Shown in pieces: positions 1 to 11,875 of a DNA stretch of 64,000 nucleotides. Numbering within the stretch: position 1 is the first letter of the stretch; each line of letters opens with the position of its first letter. The notes under the pieces are model-generated. The model was not told where the DNA came from, searched no databases, and was given only the letters and a program-made list of their open reading frames with translations. The translations under genes were made by a program, and so were the position numbers. Source of the stretch: Octopus sinensis (Eukaryota); the NCBI RefSeq assembly GCF_006345805.1, contig NC_043012.1, positions 5,394,001-5,458,000 of the forward strand, read 5' to 3'.

Positions 1-85
1 GCCCCCCGTGAGGAATAAAGAATAAATATCTTTACATACATATGCATGTAGGTATATATACATGCATACATACACACACACACAT

Positions 86-102
86 ATATATTATATATAT
101 AT

Positions 103-197
<95 letters not shown>
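86..197. repeat. (TA)n microsatellite, one of many (also ~570-655, 1010-1100, 20950-21035, 21250-21335, 22095-22155, 25200-25400, 32122-32215, 54828-54890)
   Basis: Direct reading of the sequence. Confidence 0.98.
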
Positions 198-200
<3 letters not shown>

Positions 201-572
201 GTGAAATAGAAAGATGAATAATCTTGTTGCAGATTAATCAAAAGTTTAACCGATACCTTGGTAGCAAAAATCACAGCAGAAGACAGCACGGTTGGAGGTA
301 CAACCATATGGTGTTGCAACCGTGCATTGGTGCGGATAATTGAATTTTAATATTGGGCTCTTATGAGCCTCGTTCGATTTGTTTTGCTGCGCCTCTGTTC
401 TGTTTTTGTTTTTGCCAACGGAATTCCTATTTCTTCCTGAAGAGAAAGACACAATATGGTCTCCTTATTCAATCGGAATTTGGTAAATTGTGGCTTTCGA
501 AACACGTGTAGAATGCAATAAAACGATTTCTGTTCAATCTTCGTTCAACTCCATTTCTTCAATTCACTAATA

Positions 573-657
<85 letters not shown>

Positions 658-690
658 CATAAACGCACGCACACACACACACACACACAT

Positions 691-1006
691 AAGTAAGCTC
701 AGAAATGCAAAACAATGTGGAAAAATAGTACTCGAATTGCAAAGAAAGGTAGAGTGGAATACAATTTTATTAAACCCAACCAAAACTTCACAAATTGTTA
801 CTCGCAGTTACACATGACTGTTTATCAGGCAGTTCTGACAAAACACTAATGAAGAAAGTTTTAATTAATTGTGAATATCTATAAGCGTCTATGGATAGCA
901 GTTTCAACGAATAAGCATTTAACGCAGATTGGGCAACTTTTGATAAAGCAGTGGTTTACAGTGAGAGACATGTCCGATTGACCATGGCGGAAAGAATTAT
1001 ACATAC

Positions 1007-1096
<90 letters not shown>

Positions 1097-1450
1097 TATA
1101 AGTAATATTTGATTCGAAAAACATTATGTAAAAGTTATGGTGTAGATACGACTGAAAAATTAACAGGATGATACAGACTATGTCAAGCATGAGAAATAAC
1201 AAGTAATAAAACTAGAATATAAAAGAAGCCAAAATTTAAATTAAAGATTAAGAAATGCAATTGAGCTTAGAATGAGGGGGAAAAATGATAAAAATATATC
1301 CCGATAAAAAGAAAATTTAAAGGAAAGGAAGGAAAAGTAAGAAAGAGAAGAGCAAAGTTACTGTGTGACGGAAGGCGAAAGTGTGAAGGATGAGGGAAAA
1401 AGACAGTAATTTAGTTTAAAGAGGATGGAGTGGGAAGAGGTATGAAAAGA
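691..1450 (+). repeat. Copy A of a two-block sequence that recurs inverted at 24678-25730
   Basis: 691-1000 is the reverse complement of ~25408-25730 and 1100-1450 of ~24678-25020; both copies have (TA)n between the blocks. Confidence 0.9.
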
Positions 1451-2359
1451 CGAGGTAAAACATTATGTATTACTTGTGTTGTTAGGTACACATACGCAGC
1501 ATTGCTCAACAGGAAACCTTCCGACAAAATAATGAACTTCACCCTCGCTGATGTTTTCGCAGACCATGGAAATGAGATGTTTCTCAGTCTCGCACGTGCA
1601 CATCTCACAACCAGTTATTTGTCTGTAAAAAATTCAATTCACGTTTATATACATGTAGTGGCAGTGGGTGCATGCGTATATGTAAATAAAGATAAGAGAT
1701 CGTGTATGTAGTGTTAAGGAGGGAGTCGACACCTTTGAGAGAGCGCGTATTCTGCATAAAATGCATCAAGTACTCATTGCATCCCAATTTCTTTCACTTT
1801 TCAGTGAGTAGCAGATGAGCAACTTTCTTTCCATACAGACACAACAGAGGAATAAAGTTTTCAGAAATAGCCCAATGGGTTTACCATTAATTCCGTGAAA
1901 TATTCATGATTCCCCCTAAAAATAAAAATAGTAACAGAATTCAAGAAAAATACTCACTTGCACTGATTTGTATAGTAAAATTGTTTCAGATTTTGGTATT
2001 GTGCAATGTCTCGCATACTTCCTGTGATGTCTTCCATTTGAATCGGAGTTGTCCAAGAAACATTTCTTCAAAATACAATAAGACGCTCTTACATAAAAAT
2101 TTGTTCAAAATTTAATAATTCCTCTCCAAACATGCTGTATTGCAATTTGGAGCCATACCAATTCTCACAGTAGCTCAAGCTTTCCTCCAATCAAATTACC
2201 AATGAACAAAGAGACATGATGTTCACATTACAGATCGTAAAGTAGAGAAGAAAGCTAAGCATTTGAGTGGTTTAGTACGGCACTGAAATGTTTAGCATCA
2301 AAATCATGTTTATGTTTGAATACTGGAATAACGTGTAGCCAAAACCATACTCCTAATTA

Positions 2360-3649
2360 TTGGACTGGCAACTAAGTTGCCACGGTTTTTTTAATTTTGG
2401 AATTTATTGGGTTTTTAAATTTTATAATATTTTTTTTCGAGAATTCTATTTTTGAATCATTTTGGAATCTATTTTCTTTTTTGGTTTTGTTTTTCTAGTT
2501 AATTTCAATTAATTTTTGTTTATTTTCATATCATTAAAATGGAATGCCAAGTTATAAAAAACGAGCATTTTCGAAACCTCCTTCTGTTTGCTTTTAATCA
2601 AGGTTCTAAGGCCGCAAAAGCTGCTCGCGACATTTGTGCTGTGTATAGAGAGGGTGCCATAGCTGAAAGAACCACTTGTCATTGGTATGCCAAGTTCAAA
2701 AATGGAAAATTTTGACCTCAAAGACGCACCTCGATCTGACCGTCCAGTTGAGTTCGATGAAGAGCAATTAAACCACATTTTGCTCGAAAATTCTCGTCGA
2801 GCGACAAGAGAACTGGCAGAGAAAATGGAATGCTCCCACACTGCTATAGAGAAGCATCTTCACTCGATGATAAAGATTCAGAAGTATGGAGCGTGGGTTC
2901 CGCATGCGTTAAGTGGCAACAACAAAAGTCAACGAGCCACAATCTCTGATGGTTTTCTTGCTCGTCACCGCTCAACTCATGAACAGAGGCAACGATTTCT
3001 TTACCGAATCGTTGTTGTCGACGGAAAATGCTGCCTGTACATCAATATGAAGCAACGTAAGAAATGGCTTAGCCCCGGTAAACAAGCGACACCGTGAGGG
3101 AAACAAGATCTTCATCCGCGTAAAACGATATTGTGCGAATGGTGGGACTGGGAAGGGATTATCCATTACGAATTGCTTGAACGGAACCAAACGGTCAACG
3201 CGGAACTCTATGGTCAACAGATGGAATGACTCAACACGGCTATTCAAGAGAAAATACCTAATCGGCAGCATGGAGTTCTTCTGCTGCACGACAGCGCCCG
3301 CCCTCATATCGCCAATATGACCAAGGAAGCCGTTCAAACACGTGGCTGGGATGTGCTACCACACCTGCCGTACTCTCCTTATTTGGCACCAACGGATTTG
3401 CACCTCTTTTCATCTCTTTTAAATGCTATGCGCGGAGTTTCGTTCAATACTAATGCAGAATTGAAAGCTTGGTTGCATCAATTGGGTCATTTCTACCAAC
3501 GAGGTATTGAAAAACCATATTGAACGTTGGGAAGAAGTTGTAAACAACAAGAGTGAATACATTATTGATTAATTAGTTGTTATTTTTTTATTCAAATTTT
3601 TTTAAAATTTAAATTTTAAAAGACGGCGGGAGCTTAGTTGCCAACCTAA
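2360..3649 (+). mobile_element. Full-length, inactivated mariner (DD34D) DNA transposon
   Basis: Imperfect ~30-bp TIRs (TTGGACTGGCAACTAAGTTGCCACGG at 2360; AGACGGCGGGAGCTTAGTTGCCAACCTAA ending 3649), TA on both sides (2358-59, 3650-51), length ~1.29 kb. Confidence 0.92.
2539..3572 (+). pseudogene. Mariner transposase with frameshifts and stops
   Basis: MECQVIKNEHFR..., WVPHAL (WVPHEL motif), HDSARPH and YSPYLAPTD (YSPDLAP motif); exactly 34 residues between the second and third catalytic Asp. Confidence 0.93.
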
Positions 3650-3675
3650 TATATGGCATCTCTTTATTTAAGATT

Positions 3676-3850
3676 AGAGAGCAAGCAGAATCGTTCGCAC
3701 GCTGCACGAAATGCTTAGCTAAATGCTTAGTCCGTCGCTGTGTTCTGAGTTCAAATTCTGCTGAGGCCGACTCTGACTTTGATCTCTTCGGGGTCGATAA
3801 ATTAAGTACCAGTGAAACACTGGAGTCGATGTAATTAACTAGCCCTCTCC
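3676..3850 (+). mobile_element. tRNA-headed SINE, family C (partial)
   Basis: GCAGAATCGTT A-box-like, GAGTTCAAATTC B-box-like, central TTCGGGGTCGATAAATTAAGTACCAG shared with other copies. Confidence 0.8.
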
Positions 3851-5310
3851 CCACGAATTACAGGTCAAGGATTATTTTACAATGTCATTTCTTTAAATAT
3901 ATTCCTTCGAGACGATGAGGGATCTTCAACGGCAAAAGCAAAGTATCCCTCACCTACTGGCGAAATTTAGCCACACTTTAATTTCAGTCCACCTCTTCGA
4001 AGTTCTCTACAAGCTCTATGAAAAATAAATTGTATAAGCCGTAAGTCTCAAGTATTATAATTTGCAAATCTATGAATTCCTAAAAGAAAATATTCACTAC
4101 ACTTTTCAACACTGACGACTCCCAACAGGTTCTTACACCTTTTACGTATCTGTTTCATGTTTGGAAATAGCTTCTCATTCATTAGCCTAGCATTTTAAAA
4201 GAAGTACATCTTGAATAAATTATCCGAAATATACCAGATCGAAAGGAGGAAAGGCTAAATTTGTTCCAGCTGGGAAACCTTTCGGCAGGGGCCTACTCGA
4301 TTAAGCTTTTCCTCGATCTAACACACTAACAAACAACAAACAATAACTATATTTCCAGAAACACCGGACTGTTGATGCTAGATTATGTAAAGATGAACGT
4401 CTCATTGAATCCAGCGATGCAAATTTATAATCTTTTAATAATCCTAATATTTATAATATCTGTTATTAACTGGTAAACTCAATCCGTTGCTGTGTTCAGC
4501 AAACACCATACGATCTGTTAAATAAATCTACGCTGTCACGTAAATTCACGCCTCGTCAAGGCTGAGAGGACAGCATCCTTCATGACTTACTACTGTTTTG
4601 ATAGTCTGGAAAGAACCAACGACACTCTTGAAAGGCCGAACGAGACTCCTTCCTTCTTCCACTAACTCAAATATAATACGTATCATGGTCGTTTATAAAT
4701 CGGGTTTAGCTAAAGGATTTCTACCCCTGGCTCAACGACACACCCGTATAATTTGTTGCCGTGTTTCATTAGTCCATATCTATTACTTGAGGTCTATACA
4801 ATAAATAACTGTGATTTATAACATCCGGTTCAATATTCGATATCTTTATTTCTAAAACGTCGTGTTCTAAAACACAAGAAATATTATTTATATTTCTGAA
4901 TCATATGGATCATTCTAGATCCAGACATTTAATCCTTGGTCGTTGTTTGCTGAATTCTCAACGCGACATCGCTTCTCGGTTGTATCCCATCATTTACGCT
5001 GACATTCATCCTCACCAATGTATTTATGTATATTTATATGTAAGTGTTTGAAAGCATTTGCAGGAATATTCTTTCTACGAATTACATTGTATAATGTTCT
5101 GACCACTACAACACGCCTCGTGTATTGATGGCTGCAGAACATAAGCTCAAGTGCTTACGTTGTCCTATTTTCAGTTTCAGTTTCACACAGTTTGCATTGA
5201 TCTATGCATGTCTGTTATTTCCTGTTTTTAAATTACATCAGTATCTGTTTATGTTCATCTATTTGTGCACGTGCATGCGTAGGTGTTTGTGTACCTGTAT
5301 GTATGCATGC

Positions 5311-5362
<52 letters not shown>

Positions 5363-5703
5363 TGTGTGTGTGTGTGTGTGTATCTGCGTGATCAAGCACG
5401 TACAAATATAGTACACACTTACGATTTGCAACATACGCTTCCTACATCATGTTTCTTGGATATATTCACCCATTCCTTTTGTTCTTCTTCAGTTCGGAAA
5501 TATCCTGGAAACTTTATCCTTCCTATATATTCCGGTGTAGAAGTATCCGTAAACGTTCTATAAAAAAAAAGTTAAAAATGCGATGTAGACAATAATTTGC
5601 TTGGCCTCTCCGGGCCTTAAATCACTTATCTGGTTATTAACTCTACTAAAAAATTACTATCGATTCTGTACAGTTACATTTTTAAAAAATATAGCTTTGG
5701 AAT

Positions 5704-6300
5704 GATGCGGACAATATCACCTTGATCGACCAGATCAGGGATGCACTGACAATATACAGAGAAGAATCAGCAACGCTTAGCCTGCAGGTGCGTTTGACGA
5801 AAGCCAAGCTGATGCATGTCGGAGATGGATAGGACCCTCCCTTCTCCATACTGGCCTCGATATCGTGGCGTTTGTCAGTTCCTTCATCCACCTTGGCTTC
5901 ACTTTCCCCAACAATGGAGAGCTGACTCTGGAGGTCAACCGCAGATGTAGTCTGGCCGCCGAAGTCGTGTACTCGTTATGGCAGACCCTTTGGAGCTACC
6001 TCTCTACATCCAGGAAGATGAATCTCCGCATCTACAATGCATTGGCTTTCTACATTCTCCTTTATGCAGCAGAAACGTGGACCGTCTTGAAGACCCTGAA
6101 AAAAAGGATCGATGTTTCCGATAGCAGAGCTCTGAGAATCATCGAGAACTTCAGATGATAGCATTCCTATGATACCGTTCCTAACAAAGAACTGCTTGCG
6201 CGAACGCATCAGCCAGCAGCCTTCCACTTAATAGCTATCCAGAGCATGCGCTTGTACGGACATGTCCTCCGCCTCCCACTGGGTCATCGTACCAGGGTTT
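5704..6300 (+). pseudogene. RTE-clade LINE ORF2 fragment (RT C-terminal half)
   Basis: DADNITL (degenerate YADD), KAKLMHVG, EVNRRCSLA, LRIYNA...LLYAAETWT...RALRII. Confidence 0.8.
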
Positions 6301-6670
6301 TACTTTCATTCGACGCAAGAGCAAAAAGCAAGCAGTAAGAAGTGCAGTATCGGACGAAATAACTTACATTATTTGGTTATGTCCCTTTACAGTCGAAGTT
6401 TAAATCGTATCAACGTCCTCTTGTTTTTCATCGTTCACGGGACATTGAAAATATTTTGGAATCGACTTGATTGACAACACCTGTGCCCCAATAAGTTTCA
6501 CCTTGTAGCTTGTCTTAAGCCATTGTTTGCAAAATTTATAAAGTTACGGATTGTCAGATACGAAGGAACGATGAAATAGATTTGGTTTGTAGTATATAGT
6601 TATATCCCTTTAGATTTAGTGCTGCCCACACGAAAATAGAACTTAAAATAAATATGCAAACCTTTTATTA

Positions 6671-7380
6671 TTAATAACCGGTGTAAAGATTTCGATTTAC
6701 CGACCACTCCAACCCCATTTCAAGAAGCCTCATAATAATCTGAAGTTCTGAGCAGAACTTTATTTCCATTACTGAACTGTTGTCGATCGTGTTTTCTATC
6801 GTATCGTTCTTTTTGAACGGACTGAGCTTTTCTAATATTGGACGCATCTCGAGAAATGATACCGCCTCGAATAGCTGCCATAACATCAATTTTTCTGGAT
6901 AGAGATCGATCATTTCCAAAACTGTCCCGATCTCTGGCAGTTGGGTTGCGCTGCAGTTCAACTGAAGTGTAGCTTGTCTGTTGTATAAAATTTGAAACGG
7001 GGTAAAATGTGTTGAAGAATGTTTGGCTGTTCGATACGCGAACAGAACTGCTGGTAAGCATTCAACCCCGTTGCCACGGTCCTCAAGGGATTTGATAAAG
7101 GCATCTTTTATAGTGCAATTCTGTCGGTCAACGAGGCCATTTGCCGAGGGTGATAAGCATTTGTCGTGTGTTGCTGTGTTCCTGTCAGTTTATGTAGTAC
7201 TCTGTTAGCAAATTCTCTTCCTTGGTCATTTATCTGAATTTTTATACACTCATGCTGTATCTCAAAGGGAAACTTTATCACACTTGCTGCTATATGATCT
7301 TTCAAAGGTGTAAACTCAGACAATTTGGAAAAGTAACCCATTGCTACAACAATGCAACTATAATCAGCTGTTTTCTGTTT
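6671..7380 (-). pseudogene. Gypsy/Ginger-type DDE integrase remnant
   Basis: GYFSKLSEFTPL...NDQGREFAN...LTGTQQHTTNAYHP (integrase core) and KAQSVQKERYDRKH...FSNGNKVLLR (C-terminal segment). Confidence 0.78.
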
Positions 7381-7384
7381 TCGG

Positions 7385-7540
7385 CAGGAGGAGAGGGAGG
7401 AGGAAGAGCAGCTGCAGCACGGGAGCGGGAGGGGCAAGAACAGGATCAGGAGGAGGAGGAAAAAGAGCAAGAGGAAGAGGAGCTGTAGCAGGAGAAGCAG
7501 GAGGCAGAGTAGGAGGAAAAGCAGCTGCAAGAAAGGGGGT
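7385..7540. repeat. Purine-rich (GGA/GCA) low-complexity tract abutting the integrase remnant
   Basis: Direct reading. Confidence 0.85.
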
Positions 7541-8035
7541 GGAATATACTAATGATTCTCCTGTTTGCTGTCACGGTGACGAACATTTCGGGAAGTATTT
7601 GTGGTGGGGATAATCTGAAATCGTAGGGATTAAATTGAAATCGATTTTGAATTACCCCCGGGGGTAAACTAAAAGCGATTTCAAGTTAGCCAGGAGTGTA
7701 ATCTGAATGGGAGGTAATTTAAAATCGCTATACCGGCAGACGTTACAGGGTGACTCAAGAGCTATGAGTTTCGTTCGTTGGCACTTCTGAAAATTATGTC
7801 CCTTTATGGATAAACTTGCCTTGCAGTATTCAGTTATGTTCCTTTACAGCTTTAAAATCACCCTGCAGCATATTGTTACTTGCAGACTTCCACATTTCAT
7901 CTTTTACTCATATTATGTCGATAAAAGAAGCCATCAGTCAACCACTGAGATTTATAATAACCATATACAACCCGCCCTTTGAAACATCTAACATCGTCGT
8001 CGTCATCAACATCGTCATCATCGTCGTCGTCGTTT

Positions 8036-8245
8036 TCATTTAATGTCCGCTTTCCATACTGGCATGAGTTGGACGGTTTGACTGAGGGATGGCAAGCCAG
8101 AAGGCTGCACCAGGCTCCAATCCGATCTGGCAAGGTTTCTACAGCTGGATGCTCTTCCTAACGCCAACCACTCCGAGAGTGTAGTGGGTGCTTTATACGT
8201 GCCACCGGCACGGAACCAGTCAGCCGGAACTGGCATCGACCACGC
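8036..8245 (+). mobile_element. Family A interspersed repeat (CATCATC...CCATGCTAGCATGGGTTGGACGG...CTGGATGCCCTTCCTAACGCCAACCACTC)
   Basis: Same sequence recurs at ~39960-40470(-), 41930, 42320, 43720, 44110, 45205, 52660(-), 55900(-), 58125, 60533(-) and 63905. Confidence 0.9.
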
Positions 8246-9084
8246 TCGACTTGCGCTTTCTACGAGCCACCGTCATGGGTGCCAATCAGGCTGTACTGTC
8301 ATCAGCCACGACGACGACTTCGTATTATTTACAAAAAATATAACAAAAAGTGTATTGTAACCGAAGGCATAGCCGTATGTTTTAGAAGTTCGTCTCATTT
8401 CCATGCGGTTCCGACTCTAATTCCACTACTCGGTGCCTTAAGCACGTATATTCTACTGTAACTTCGATCAATATATTGAGAATGGAATTTAGATTGAACC
8501 TGTGTGGAAGCATGTCACAGTTGTGTAAAGACGTGTATATATCTTTGTATTTGTGTATGCAGGTGTCAATAAATAGTGAATGGACTCGCATTCCTTTTGC
8601 CTGAAAGAGTAACAACTTAACTAATTCGTAATTAAAGATCGATAGAACAAATGATGGACTACACTGAAACAAGCAATAAGGTCGATATGATTGACGAATT
8701 GAGATTTTCTACACCGTACCCATCCGTCTGTTTGAAGAAAGTCACAAGGGATTTCACTGCCATAACTGTTTATTTTATACTTTAGTCAGAGCCCGTAAGA
8801 CTGGTGTGAACGAATCACGAACCTTTCCTCAAACCGAAAACCTAATCTAAATGCTTTCAACTGAGTAAACGCCACTCAAGGCACCCAAAAGACAGGCGGT
8901 GGTGGTCGTCGTGTCGAACCGGGTAACAGATACAGTTTACCATCCAAACACCGTGAAAAGATTTTAGTCTCACAATTCAAAGAACTGGAACAAATACTAT
9001 AAAATATTTAATCCGAAGTTTTTATAGTTTCACCAATTCACCACCTAGGAATGGTGCTTTGTTATGGTGTGTGTGTGTACCTGG

Positions 9085-9418
9085 CATTCCGTTGGTTACG
9101 ACGACGAGGGTTCCAATTGATCCGATCAACGGAACTGCCGATGCAAGTGGCCGAGTACTCCACAAACACGTGTACCCTTAACGTAGTTCTCGGAGAGATT
9201 CAGTATGACATTGAGTAAGACAAGGTTGGCTCTTTGATCTTTGAATTACAGGTACACCAGAAACAGGAAAAAAGAGGAAGAGAAAGTAGTGGTGAAAGAG
9301 TACAGCAGGGTTCGTGCTTTTGCTCAATAAACACACACAACGGCCGGTCTGGGAATCGAAACCGCGGTCCTACGACCGCGAGTCCGCTGCCCAAACCACT
9401 GGGCCATTGCGCCTCCAC
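9085..9418 (-). mobile_element. tRNA-headed SINE, family B with tail type 1
   Basis: Reverse complement begins GGAGGCGCAATGGCCCAGTGG...GGTTTCGATTCCCAGACC (A/B boxes); close copy at 50270-50605. Confidence 0.88.
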
Positions 9419-9679
9419 GTTAAAGTAGTAAAACCATTGAATAAAAGGCTTACCGTGACTCTCTCAGCTGCGCAATTCCCATACCAAAAATTACGACCAC
9501 AAATGCCAATATCTGTTGAAAACAAAAATCAATTTCTTTTAGGGATTTTTAAAAAGAAACGAGATTTTCATTATACTTACCTATTTTCAACTAATCAATA
9601 ATTTTCACTTGTGATGGTCAGCATTGACATATAATTGCTAACAATTTTGGAACATGGGGAGAGAGTGAGTCGATGAAAT

Positions 9680-10030
9680 TAACTCCATTAATTAACGGCT
9701 TGATTGCTTTATTTTAACGGCCTCAAAAGGGATGAAAGGCAAAGTTGGCTTCAGTAATATTCGAACTCAGAACGTAAATAGCCGAAAGACATATCGCTTA
9801 GCATTTCCCTCGATGCAATAACGATTCTACCTGTTTTCCACCCTCAATGTCCACAAATGATTAATTTCAAATTTAGGCACAAGGCTAGCAATTTCACAAG
9901 AGCGGACAAGTCGATTACATCGACCTCAGTACTCGTCTGGTACTTATTTTCCGACCCCGAAAGGATGAGAAACAAAATCGACCTCGGTGGAATTTCAACT
10001 CAGAATGTGAAGACGAACAAAAGCTATGTT
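9680..10030 (-). mobile_element. Two family C SINE fragments
   Basis: CGACCCCGAAAGGATGAGAAACAAAATCGACCTCGGTGGAATTTCAACTCAGAA and a more diverged copy at ~9725-9810. Confidence 0.75.
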
Positions 10031-11875
10031 AAGGATACACGTGTTTGCGGAGCACTCAGCCAGTTGCACGTTAATTTCACGAACATGTTGTTCTGCCGAT
10101 CGAATCGACTTCAACTCTCGTCGTCATAACCGACGAAACGCTAGGTTTATCCATCATAATAATCGTCAGCTGATTACACGCTCTTACTTCTAAACCCATT
10201 AAAGTTAAACCATCAACTATAAATATTATAATTCTTTACATTTTCTTAACTCCTAAAGACCCTGATTATATTTCTGATTATATTTTAATGGTATACCTGA
10301 AGTATATTATAAATATCAAGTATATAACAGCAGAATTGCAAAATTCTTCATAATATCATTAACATTAAATGTTAAATCTATCCCAAAAAATGGGTCAGTG
10401 GCTGTTAATGAGTTACAGTTTAATTTTAATTAGGCGAAAAAACATTATATTACGAATAAGTATAGTTTTTATATTAGTCGATCAGGTGTCATCATCTTGG
10501 TTGTTGCTTTCACTACGTTTTGGCTGTTGTATGTTCCAGCCTTCTTCAGGTGTCTTGTGTTGAACTTACTTGTATGGGAATTTCGAACCTAACGCTTAAT
10601 TTGATTCATGGGGATACACTGTCCTGATTCCATTCACAGCCATTCGTAACATTTTTGTTACACAATGGGACTGAACCTGAAACTACATTTTCTTGACTAC
10701 AGACTATAGTATGCAATGTGTTCTTCACTCCTTTTTGTGGCTATGATATGAGATCCGTTTGCCTGAGTGACATTGCAGTGGCTCTTCCCGGTTTGTCTTG
10801 AATACGGGAAATATAACAAGCCATCCAGCGAGCCAACTGTGAACAGAAAGAAAGAGAGAGGATAAAATGAAAGATAGGAAGAGGAGAAAAAGTCAAAGGA
10901 GAAAGAAAATGAAAAAAACATTTCAACTCAGACCAGCAAGTGGATCCAGTTTTTGGAAAGATATTCTTTGGGGTTGAATGCCATCGCCTGAAAGAAGACA
11001 CAAAAATGAAAATGGTCTATAAATGATTGAAGTCTTACTGTAAATATATCTTTATATATATAAAACTGAGAATGTGTATCTGTCTATCTGTTTCCCTAAA
11101 ACTTGAGAACTACACAACCAATTTCATTCAAATTTTATACATGCCTTACTTAGGGTCCATGTAGTTTCATGGGCAAAAAAAAGTGTTCAACTTCTTGCCT
11201 AGAGCGAGCCCATAGCAATATCATATCTTCTCCACTATTTCAGTATTACGTGTTAAAAGTGAAACAAAAATATTTTTCTGTTTTATGTCAGATGCTTTCA
11301 CTTTAACAATAAAAATAATAATAACAATTGAATTATATGTAGTTAGTAATAATTAAATTCAAACTAAAGTATCATATAATCGTAACATAACAAAAGTTAA
11401 AATAGCAATTGGTATAAAATTGCATCAATGATTTGAACTGAATAAGTGGTTTCACATGAATGGGAATAAATTAAAAATAAAATTAGCGTGCAGGAATGGA
11501 ATAGTCCAGATGGATAATAAAAAATTAAATTAAAGAAAAGACTATTGTCTATAAAGTATACAATGTAGAGAAAAAAGGAGAGCTAACAATTCCATTTAAT
11601 TGATTGCTAGTCTGTTTTGTCGATTGTTGTTTATTACCGGTTTGTTAATTTAATTATTGTTACTTTGTTTTATATATTGTGTATTTTGTGTAAAACTGTT
11701 ATTAGCCTTCGCGCGAAGGCTACGTATCAAAATCCCCCCCCCCCCGCCGCGGGGGAATTGTTGTGAAACAATTATTGTGGAACAGTTTAAAATACACACA
11801 AAAGGCTTGCGAAGCCAGAAGTTTTTGAAGGCTTGTTAAAGCCAATCGAAAAGGCTTGTAAAGCCACATCCAGAG

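Noticed and set aside
32-783. Tyr/Ile, Cys/Val, His/Thr and poly-His/Pro/Val ORFs here and at 16800-17300, 20800-21500, 25180-25540 and 38650-45200
   Set aside because: They are translations of (TA)n, (TG)n, (CA)n and (GGT)n microsatellites, with no protein signal
2539-3572. Domesticated SETMAR-like gene
   Set aside because: No SET domain, multiple disabling lesions, and it is still bounded by TIRs and a TA TSD
10118-10145. GTCG-TCATAAC-CGAC-GAAAC hammerhead stem II
   Set aside because: No CTGANGA core upstream
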